NCBI RefSeq assembly: GCF_000143415.4
Contig: NW_003314329.1
Span: 205,421 to 269,420, forward strand
DNA from: Selaginella moellendorffii
Taxonomy: Eukaryota; Plantae; Lycopodiophyta
DNA length: 64,000 nucleotides
Reading direction: 5' to 3'
Shown here: one piece after another, positions 40,474-51,448 of the stretch
Layout of the letters: each line of letters opens with the position of its first letter
Numbering within the stretch: position 1 is the first letter of the stretch
The notes under the pieces: generated by a model
Told to the model about the DNA's origin: nothing
Seen by the model: the letters and a program-made list of their open reading frames with translations, nothing else
Databases searched by the model: none
Program-made: the position numbers and the translations under genes

Positions 40474-41725
40474 CAATTCAGTAGCTTGATAAACATGCAA
40501 ATACAAAACTTGATGCAAAATCCTTTGATATGTCACAATGCCCCTAGGACCATAAACACATTTCAATAGAGAGGGTCCTTTCATTTCATAACTCCTTACG
40601 TAGATCTTGGTGAAACCAGAGTTAGTGAAGTTGGTTTCTTGTGATCCCGCATCTGATTGTGATGTCCCTTTGCAGTGTCGATAGAAAGGTCAATGCACAC
40701 CAAACTGTAGAATCTTGGAGCAAAATAACGGTCGGATCTATGGCAAATGCCCCTGAAACATTGTAAGGCTCGTGTGGTCTCATGTTGTGTCCGATCGAGA
40801 TGCTTCTTTGCAGGGTCATCAAGAAGGACATTGTATACCATTCTGTAAAATCTAGTTGCGATCTAACGGTTGGATCTCCAGGAAACTCAAAACAATCTCG
40901 CGCATGTCAGAATATTCTAGGAATATACTCCTATGTGCTCCTGAAAATGGCATGCAGCCCCACGCCATTCAAGAGATAACGCCAGATGACGCCGAGCATT
41001 TTTTGGTGCATTTTTTGGGATCAAAATTGCATGAGCCCACACGCTTGAACGTCACATCAAATCCTCTGACAATTTATTTAGCTGAACATCTGGCATTTTT
41101 GGAAATACAAGATGCTTTGGAATATCCAATCATGCATGGTATAAATATAGCGAGGGTATTAAATGATATCCCAATCATGATCTTTCTTTTGGATTTCGCA
41201 TGCATGCAGTCCGAGGAATGATGACGTTGCGGATTTCTTTTGGATTTCACGCATGCGCACGCCGATCCAGAAATTAATGGTGGCGCCCAAGTCCGAGGAA
41301 TGATGACGTGGTGGGATTACCAACCGTCGTGACATTTCGCACGTGTGAGGTTAGGTTTTGCATTTTGCTTCGTACTCGCGCTCGCACACTCGCGCTCGCA
41401 TCGCACTCCCACTCGCGCTCCCACTTCTCTACAGGTTTCTCGTGTGCATCAGCGTCCACTCGCGCTTGCATCACACTCGCGCTCGCATCGCGCTCGCATC
41501 ACGCTCGTGTGCATCAGCATCCACTTCAAGACACACCCAGTTTGTAACTTCGCTGCCAACTCCGCCGCCCACTCCGCCACCCACACGCAGCCCATTGGCG
41601 TCCCGGGAGATTTCAGTGCCACTCTCCAACTGTAAGTGGCAGAGTAGCCTTGCTGCTACGATCCGCTGCACACACAATGCACATTCGCTAGCGAGTCCGG
41701 TTGTCACGCCTCCATTCGGCTTCAA

Positions 41726-44700
41726 ATGGTAAGTCTTTTAGGCCAAGTAGAAAATGGCATGAGGCCACATGCCATTCAGTAGCAACATTGGCATGCACCG
41801 ATTGGGCTCTCGAGTGCAGTCCGGTTACAGATCGCGTGTAGCCTCACGCCATCTTAGGATGCAGCCTCAAGACATCTGATGCAGTGGTGAATGGCGTGTG
41901 GCCTCATGTTATTTCCAGTTGCTAGCTTTTCTTCTATCAGCTCTAATTGTTGTGCATTTCTGAACAGGCGAGGAATTGCGTTCTTCTTCCAGCCACTGTC
42001 AATGTGGATGCAGAGAAGGGGGAGGAGCTCACCAGTTGGACTTTCGGGATGGAAGGCGAGGATCTGAGGCTGTACAACACAGATGGTGGGAGAAAAGAAT
42101 GCATGGGGATCCTCATCCAAGTGACAGACACTCCATGCAGTTCCATGCAAGAATATGGACTGGCACTTGTGGTAGAGATAGCGTCTGCCTTCAAGATCCA
42201 CCTTGCACATCCTAGTGGCTTCCCGGAGGGGGGCAGCGGCTATGAGGAATTCCTAGAGGGAGCTAGGGAGAGGTTTTCCAGGAGGCCCACAATTTCAAAG
42301 ACGCTGTGGGTCTATGAAGATCACATGGAATCCACGGACCTCACCTACAGCGATGTTCAAAAACTATATTCCAACATTGAGCCGTTGAGAGTGCCTCCAG
42401 TTCGCGAAGCGAAGGGGAAGGGGGTCGATCTGGAAACTACCCCAAAGCAGAAAAGGGTGGTCAAGCTCAAGCCGATGTCCGACTCTCCTCCAAAAAAGAA
42501 GCTACTCGGTGATGCCATTGCCTCGGGTTCGAACACTACACCCACCAAAAAGAAGAGCTGCAAAGAGCAGAAAGAGCAAGAAGAGGCAGCAAAAATCGTC
42601 GCAGATAATAGTACTTGTTACTATTCCAACAAAGTATATACAATCGACGTGAGCCGTATCGACATCCAAAGCAAATACAACCACAGGCTAGTATCTGATG
42701 AGTGGGTGGAGAAACTGAAGCAGAAGATGCTGGCAAGTCCAGTAACACCCGACATCGCAGACGTGATCCCCTACTACCGAACAATGAAGGGCGAGACGAG
42801 GTTTCCAGACTTGATCAATAGGAAGGTGTTGGACGATCAGAACATCTGGTTCTATGCCGTCTCCGGGCAGCATTCTAGCTTGGCGATGCAAGAGATAGTT
42901 GTGGATATTATGGTGGGTGAGGAGGTGAAGAAAGTCTTCAAGACAAGAGTTGTCCGCCTGATAAAAGGCAATTCGCCCCTCCGATCTATCATATACATCT
43001 CCCACGCGCAGAATGTCAAGCAAGAAACGTGCTACAAATCGGGTCTGCACGAGACATTGGCACGAACACGGAAGCTCTGGGTTCAACTGAAGAAGCCACA
43101 AAAACCAGGACAAGGACGTGCACTAGCAACTAGCGCCTGGCAGGTAAGCCTCGTTGCATGTGGCATAGCATGTGGCCTCACGCCATTTCCATTGCAGGAA
43201 TTCTCGAGTCTTCTCTCAAAAACACTGGGGGTCAATGACACACTCAGCATCCATAACATTCTACTCGCGACAAAAGTTGTTTTTGACAAATGGGTAGATG
43301 TGCTGAGGAGGTACCATGACAGGGAGTTGCCAAACTCAATGGGTGTGGAGGACGGCCGGAAGCCCAATGATTTGAAGCTCAACGCCTTGCGTTTCTCGCG
43401 GTCTCTAGACGATGACGACCTTCTGACAGTGGCTAATGCTCTTCTACGTGGTGAGGTAGTCTTCAACAAGACCAAAATGACTCCCGGCCATATTGTGACA
43501 TACGAGGACTTGTGCACGACTCTGAGAGCTCGTGCGCTATTGAAGGATTGGATCTTCGAGCAAGTGGCCGTGGAGAGGGTGAGCATCGACACCACGCAAG
43601 AGATGATGGAAGCGCTGGAGTTGTCAAATGAAGACATCGACGAGTACGTGAAGGGGGCCCCCAAGTTCATCGATCTGCTGCGGGATGCCACGAAAAGTAA
43701 AGCTGAGAAGTTGGATCAGTATCCAAATTTCATTAAGATTGATGTCGACCGCCGGCTTCAGAAACAGCTCGACCCCGCAGCAGAGGCCTATCGAGAACCT
43801 TACCGGGTATACTTGAATTCGGATGAGGATCAAAGGTGGAGGAGCATCGTTTCCCACGGAGATGAGCAGGTCAAGAACATATTTTGTGTGATGGACTTCA
43901 CAAATGAGGAGATCACTCATGCAGACGAAGTCAGCTCCATCATTGACTTAATGGTGGGACTTACGGAGGTGGAATCTTCAGTCCACTATATGATCTACGA
44001 CTCCGAATCCTATCACAAGTTCTGGAAGGCCTTGAACGAGGTGAAGGCTCGGTTGAAAGGCAAGGAGATGCGGGAGATCCATGGGATAATGGCTAAGAAG
44101 AAGATACCGACGAATGTCCGCATCTTCACACTCGCCCTTGTTATTGGTCCTGCAACAGAGTGGGACTGGAGTGACTTCCCAGCTTCGTTCGACAAGGCCA
44201 ATCGAATTGATCTGAGGGAGGTCAATTTACCCGTGCCTGAGGAACTGAAGACGGCTATGGAGCTTTCGAATCCAAAGAAAGCTCCAGGTGCAGCATGGGA
44301 AATGCTCAGCTGGGTCTTCAACACAATAGCGGGTGGGTCACCTGCTTCCGACTCCAAGGGCAAATGCGTTGTCGAGTACAACTGCGGCAGACTATTCTTT
44401 CGGTGTGTTGCGGTGACAAACTCCATTGAAAAGGTGACTTCAATGGAGCATATAATTACAGTTGCCAAAGAAAAATAGTATCTTCTCTGCGAACCTGGTG
44501 AGTACACACTTTAAGTTTAAATGTTATCTCACAAGCTTTGTATGCAGGAGCGTGGCCACCCCCAAATGCTGAAACGGCATTAACAGCTACTGTTGAAGAT
44601 ACCCATGTTGGACCGAGCTCACAACCTGCACAAGGTAAGGTCACGTGAGGCCTCACACCATTTTGATTATAGATCGTTGTGAATATTCAGACACGAGGAC

Positions 44701-47321
44701 TGAAAAGCGCACTGGTGGCGCGTCGAAGAAGGACAAACAGACAAGCAATAGGAAAAAAGGAGGTACAAATTATATTTGCAATGGCGTGTGGTCTCATGCC
44801 ATTCCTTGCAGGAGACACTTCTTCAAAGGCAAAACAGGCAAGCACCAGCCAAGCTCAAACTGACAGTGGTCATAAAAAGCGAAAGCACGTTGGACAGTCA
44901 TCGAGATCAGAGGCGTTTGATTCAAAAAGGAAGAAGGGCAACGAAAAGATGATAGGTAATGCCTCGTGGTTATGGCGTGTGTGCTCATGCCATTCATTGC
45001 AGATCAAGGGCTGAGTGAAAGCAGGCAGTCACCACCTCCTGACTCAGATTCCTACGGCGGACTCCCCTTCCCCAATCTCAATGGAGAGGTACAATGGATG
45101 AGGGATTCTTTTCAAGTCAGGGCCACGTTTTTCTCATCTCGTCATCTTCGAAGGGTGCAAGAACGTGCAGAAACCATGTTAAGACAGTCGGGTGAGGATA
45201 CGGTCCTAGGTCACGCACTAAAACAGGCTATGGATGTCTTGTATTTTGAGATGGAGACTCGGCCAGATGATTTTCCCAAGATGGTCCTGGAAGAACAAGC
45301 CATCCAGCCTGAGCAGCCTATGGAAGAAATGCAGGAGGGGGATGAGGAGCCAGAGAAAGATAATGAGCAGGAAGAGCAGAAGGACGAAGAGGAGGACAAA
45401 GAAGAGGAGGACGAAGAAGAGGAGGACGAAGAGGACATGGATGGTCCTCACAATGGTGACGATCACAATAACGACGACGACGATGATGACGACGATGGCC
45501 AGCCTGAGGTGGCCAAAGAGCAGCGGAGGAAGGTCATACAAGACAAACCATCAGGTAAATAATAGTACATCCATTCCTAACCTTTTACCATTTCTAACAT
45601 TGTCCATGTAGGTCGCAGAGCAAATGGTAAGTAGAGATTATTCAGTTGAATTTACAAACTCTAGCCTTTAGTGTCGAGGAAGGATAGTGCTAAGCAAGGG
45701 TCGAAACGTATGTCCAATCCTTCAGAATCAGCAGTGCGCCCAAGTGATATCGGTCCTAGTTCCTCAATAGCAGTTGATGGTAAATACAGTATAGTCGATT
45801 CAATGTGCTAATGAGTTTGTTTTTAGTAGCACGGGAGGATACCATCTCAATCGAAGGGAGATATTTGGACATGCATATGGATCCGCCAGTGGACTCTACT
45901 TGCCTGCAAGAGTCATCAGAGCTGGTGGAGGCTACTATCCATATCAACGCCAAGCAAGCTGACCACGCTCCACTTGATGCTACCCATACCACTGAGTCAA
46001 TCTTGTCCACGTATCCAACTGACGGTGACCAGGCGCCATTGGACCCGCATGAGGCCGCCCCAGCCGCCGAGCCGGTCGTATCCTCATTTCCAAAGGACTC
46101 AACGTGTGCCCAATCGTCTGACTATGCGCCATTGGAACCTCCCTACACCGCCCCTGCTGCCTGTTCGGTCATGTCCACTTTGCCAACGGAGGCACCAGCT
46201 GAAATGGCGTGTGATCACACGCCATCGGAACCACCCCATGCCACTGTTGAGCCAGTTGTACCAGAGTCTACAGCTGAAATGGCATGTGCCCACACGCCAT
46301 CGGATGCGATTGACCCCACATTGCAGAGGAGAGTATTTCCACCCTTCACGTTTCCTCGACCAAAACCCTCTCAACGACCATCGGGAGCACCATTCGCTAA
46401 TATTGTAGATGGTAAAATTGACTTGTACCATTTTTTATGCTGACGCATTTCATTTCAGAGTCACGGCGAAGGTACTGTATCATTTTTGATCTGAACGGTG
46501 TCCTTTTCTCCCATGAGCGTGGCTCGTCCTCGAATGTCATTGCACCTTCCAAAGCCTGCGGTCGCAAGTTGGTCAAAAGAGACAGATTCACATTAATCAC
46601 ACAGGAGAAACTGCGGGATCTAATAATGACCATGCGACACTTAAAACAGAGGGCCGGGTTCAATTTGCAATTGGGAGTTTGGACATCCATGATGCGCCAT
46701 AATGCATTAACGTTGCTACAGATGATGCACGATCAGACGCGAGTAATATTACCATTTGACTTTCTCCTAACGCAGGAGGATTGCTTGACTATGGTCCATG
46801 TGAGGGGTAGCAAGCCCATCTTCGTCAAGCCAGAGGCTGTAGTGATGAACCGGAGTGCTAGGTCAAGTGAAATCCTCATCATCGATGACTCGCCGATTAA
46901 AACTGCAGCGAACACGCACACATATGCAGTGCACCCCATCTCTTGCAGTATGGAAACTAGGGAGAAGAAACCGTATGTTCTGGGGGACCTTGCAAAACGG
47001 CTTGGAGCGATGGTGATAGAGAACCGGCCAGTCCAGGAGGTGGCTGCAGAAATCAACCAAATGGCAGATGGAACGGTATATCAGAAGCCATTTGATCGGA
47101 CAAACACCAGTCATCATTTATGGCATATATATTGTCTAGCCAAGCACTATCCGCATCTCCATAATCTGCTCAACCGGATGGGTTCTTCGACCACTGAACA
47201 TGAGCGTGGACGTATTAGAGAAGAGATGGCATTTCTATTGGGTTTAAATCCTGATAGTGTGGAGAGTGATGAAATTCCAAGATTATTGTATAGGCGTTGG
47301 AGGCAAAAAATAACAGTCTGA
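41726..47321 (+). pseudogene. Transposon cargo gene, about 1630 aa: ParB/Srx-like, degenerate DNA-MTase-like, acidic linker, FCP1/NIF HAD phosphatase; one premature TAG
   Basis: GT-AG introns at 41729-41967, 43144-43197, 44498-44547, 44635-44690, 44763-44811, 44956-45002, 45555-45611, 45627-45671, 45780-45826 and 46412-46458 join the ORFs into one frame. The only stop is TAG at 44476. HAD motifs: IIFDLNGVL, GVWTS, IFVKP, LIIDDSP. Confidence 0.78.
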
Positions 47322-47742
47322 GATGGCATGTATTTATTTAAAAATGTAACTTATTATGGCATGGGGTTCCATGCCATTGTATTAATATTAAAAGACAATT
47401 CTTTGAGAGGATTTGCATTATACTAGAAGTGTTACAGCATGTTATTGGAAGTCTACGAAGTTGTTTTATTAATAAGGGGAAAGTAAAGATTGAATGGGGA
47501 CTTGGGCTCCACCTAGACTCGGAGCAACTGAGCCAATATTAAAAGGATGGAAAGAAATTGGACGACGATGACAAGGAGAAGAGAGAGGTGAAGCAGTGGC
47601 AGGGGGAGGAGAAGTGATTGAGTAGACATTTCCTTGTTTAAAATAAAATGGCATGTGCCTCAATGCAGTTGAATTTTGTTATATTTATATACTATATAAA
47701 GGTTTGGAAACCTTATTTTACAAGTGGGATAATGACAATTCC

Positions 47743-47763
47743 CACTTTAACGAAATAGAGCTT
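47743..47763 (-). repeat. Right terminal inverted repeat
   Basis: CACTTTAACGAAATAGAGCTT. Confidence 0.95.
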
Positions 47764-50700
47764 AATCCGGGACCGAGACCGAGTCCGAGTCCGAGTCCGA
47801 ATACTAATATAGGCAGTTGGGTGAAAGCCCAAAGCGATCATCCCCTAGGGGGGGCGGGGGGCTGCGGGTGGTTCCAAAAGTATAGTAGGGAGAGTGTGGG
47901 GGTTGGAGCCCAGTGGAGCCAGTTTGGCCAGGAAAGGCTAGTTTGGCCCAGGAAGGCTAGACCCAGTGTTGGGTGATGAGCTGACCACTGGGAAGTCCAA
48001 GACTAGAGTGAACACGGACTGACAAGCGGAGTAGCTTGGTGAAGTGTTCAAGAGCCGGCTCTAGTTCCCCCGGGAGATCGACTGGCCGATGCTCCCAGTC
48101 CAAGTGTGGGTGGCACTACCTACTTGGATACCAAGCGTGGCTCAACGGAACCTCGCTCTAAGCCCATGGCTAGAGCACCCAAGGGCGGAAGGCGGGGAGA
48201 GTACCCAAGTGGCTCACGTAAGGCCACGGTGTTCCGAAATGTTGTCCCAAAGGCCCAGACTGTGGAAAGGAAGAGGAGCAGTCCTCTGGGGTAGTGACCA
48301 AGGACACAGTCGTGTGGTGAGGAAGTCCCAGAGGACCGTGGGACTTAGTGGTTGAGCCTGTGGGCCTCGATCCAGTGGCAGTGTTGGCAAACATGGCCAG
48401 GGGCAGAAAGGGACTTAGTGGGGACTGACAGAGGGATATTGGGGAAGGCTATTCCCCTTGTCGGTGGGCATCCTAAGGATGCTAAGGAGTAGATCTGAGA
48501 TGACCACTCACGGATGGTTTGCCTAGTCTTGGAGAGCCAAAACTGTGATACAAGTGATATTGGACTACCAGTGTGGCAAACGTGATTGGGCATGGCCTTA
48601 GCGTAACAGGCTGCCATGTCGGTGGTACTTTTGAGTGTCGGTCATGGGATCGGACACATGGGGCACTTGGACCAAGTGCAAATGTTGAGTGGCATGGATG
48701 CCCTTCTTGGGGCTAGCAAGTTCCAAGTCTTGAAATGGACTTATGGAGGTTGTGATTGAGACTCCTCCAAGTGGTCAGAGGTGTGGTTAAGTGACTAAAG
48801 TAGAATGGAAAATTTAGTCGCTTACAATTTGGTATCGGAGCCGTTCCGTAGTCTGACTTTTATTGGTGCTCAAGTATATCACCATTGGATAGAGCCCACA
48901 GCAGAAGATGCTAAAGAGACTTACTAGGGGTGAACACCCTAGTCTTGGCAAAGCAGAGCCTTTGCTATGGAATCAAAAGAATACCTCAAGGAGGGAGGTA
49001 GAGATTCGATGTTGCTTGGTGCAACAATCAACGGATAGGAGAAAAAGATGAGTGGCCAAGATAGGGCCGTGGAATCCCTTGGAAGGAATCCAAGTGACAA
49101 AGTTAGGCGAGGAACACTAATGTGTTGGACGCTAACAAATTGCGGGAAAGGAAGTGTGTTTCCAAGGATGGATTCCGAATTGCTCCGATTTGGCGAAAGT
49201 GAAAGCTCCAAGGGAGGGAGCGGTAAGGTAGCCAAATGATAGGGCCCTGGACAGCCCTAGCACAAAGTATGATAAATAGAACTTAGTGCCCAAGGTGGCA
49301 CGAAATAGAAGAGAGGATGATGGTGCCCTCAAGTAACGAGTTTCCTAGGATGGGGAAGTGGAGTTGCACAATCTGTGCAATGCAAGGTGTTGGAGACACC
49401 TAGGAAATTGACTTCCAAAAGTCAAAAGAGTAAAAGTTCCAAGGTGCAAACGTTCAATAGATGGAAATTGAGACTACTCAAGAAGGAGTAGTGGGATTGA
49501 CTTAGAGAAGGGTTTCTAAGAGGTTTAGCGAGAACTAAACCAATAAAAGGAGAGAACCACTATGTGGTCCAATCAGTCTCTAAGTTGGAGAGACAAGCCT
49601 TTGGTGTCAAACCATTGAGGAATATGCAAAAGGTATGGTGAGCCTTCAATGTCAAACCATTGACAAATATTGGCTAGGTGCCAAGGATGGAAATGGTAAC
49701 GCGGGTGTTACTTTATAAAATGGTTTACCGTTCAATGAGGACATCGAACTTCGTCTATGGGTGGTGGAGTTGTGAGACACAAAATCCCTAGGCCCCAAAG
49801 TGGAGCCGGAAGGGTGCCACGTGGTAGTGGCCGAAGCGAAAGCCAAACGAGCGTAACACGTTTGGACTAAAAGCTCCGACTTGAAAGGTCGAGAGCAGGA
49901 GTGGAACTCCCAACAAAGTGCTTGAGGAATGAGCACGAAGCGAGCCATAAGTGAGGCTCTAGAAAGGGACCCAAAAGAACCAACACATGACACGTGGAAG
50001 TGTCCGAGATAGAGTCCGAGGCGGACCTGAGATGGAGTCCGAGATGGACCCGAAGTGGAGTCCGAGATGGAGTCCGAGATGGAGTCTGAGATGGAGTCCG
50101 AGATGGAGTCCGATATGGAGTCCGAGATGGAGTCCGATATGGAGTCCGAGATGGAGTCCGAGATGGAGTCCGAGATGGAGTCCGATATAGAGTCCAAGAT
50201 GGAGTCCGAGATGGAGTTCGATATGGAGTCCGAGATGGACCGAGATGGAGTCCGAGATGGACCGAGATGGAGTCCGAGATGGACCGAGATGGAGTCTGAG
50301 ATGGACCCGAGGTGGAGTCCGAGATGGAGTTCGAGATGACACCGAGACTGGGACCGAGACCGAGACCGAGTCCGAGTCCGAATCCGGGACCGAGACCGAG
50401 TCTGAGTCCGAGTCCGAATACTAATACAGGCAGTTGGGTGAAAGCCCAAAGCGATCGTCCCCCAGGGGGGGGGGGGGGGGGGGCTTCTTGTGGTTCCAAA
50501 AGTATAGTAGGGAGAGTGTGGGGGTTGGAGCCTAGTGGAGCCAGTTTGGCCAGGAAAGGCCAGTTTGGCCCAGGAAGGCTAAACCCAGTGTTGGGTGATG
50601 AGCTGACCATTGGGAAGTCCAAGACTAAAGTGAACACGGACTGACAAGCGGGGTAGCTTGGTGAAGTGTTCAAGAGCCGGCTCTAGTTCCCCCGGGAGAT

Positions 50701-51448
50701 CGACTGGCCGATGCTCCCAGTCCAAGTGTGGGTGGCACTACCTACTTGGATACCAAGCGTGGCTCAACGGAACCTCGCTCTAAGCCCATGGCTAGAGCAC
50801 CCAAGGGCGGAAGGCGGGGAGAGTACCCAGGTGGCTTGCGTAATGCCACGGTGTTCCAAAATGTTGTCCCAAAGGCCCAGACTGTGGAAAGGAAGAGGAG
50901 CAGTCCTCTGGGGTAGTGACCAAGGACACAGTCGTGTGGTGAGGAAGTCCCAGAGGACCGTGGGACTTAGTGGTCGGGCCTGTGGGCCTTGATCTAGTGG
51001 CAGTGTTGGCAAACATGGCCAGGGGCAGAAAGGGACTTAATGGGGACTGACAGAGGGATATTGGGGAAGGCTATTCCCCTTGTCGGTGGGCATCCTAAGG
51101 ATGCTAAGGAGTAGATCTGAGATGACCACTCATGGATGGTTTGCCTAGTCTTGGAGAGCCAAGACTGTGATACAAGTGATATTGGACTATCAGTGTGGCA
51201 AAGGTGATTGAGCATGGCCTTAGCGTAACAGGCTGCCATGTTGGTGGTACTTTTGAGTGTTGGTCATGGGATCGGACACGTGGGGCACTTGGACCAAGTG
51301 CAAATGTTGAGTGGCATTGATGCCATTCTTGGGGCTAGCAAGTCCCAAGTCCTGAAATGGACTTATGGAGGTTGTGATTGAGACTCCTTCAAGTGGTCAG
51401 AGGTGTGGTTAAGTGACTAAAGTAGAATGGAAAATTTAGTCGCTTACA
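47764..51448 (+). mobile_element. Family A element with internal deletion: truncated 5' LTR 47764-48826, PBS 48830-48841, 0.94-kb internal region, PPT, 3' LTR 49771-51448
   Basis: CTTACA-ATT-TGGTATCGGAGC at the 5' LTR end and GGGTGGTGGAGT-TGTGAG at the 3' LTR start. The overlapping parts of the two LTRs are highly similar. Confidence 0.9.

Larger units (their letters stand above)
35435..47763. mobile_element. 12.3-kb TIR DNA transposon with a DDD transposase (Sola-like or DUF7869-like) and a large cargo gene
   Basis: Perfect 21-bp terminal inverted repeats, two divergent genes and an element-wide palindromic motif. The superfamily label is recalled from the QxDN-ENKN and GHTHEDxD motifs and is unverified. 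Confidence 0.9.

Noticed and set aside
35661-47669. 22-bp palindromes as CRISPR repeats
   Set aside because: Spacing is irregular (50 bp to over 1.5 kb), the copies lie in introns and exons, and there are no cas genes.
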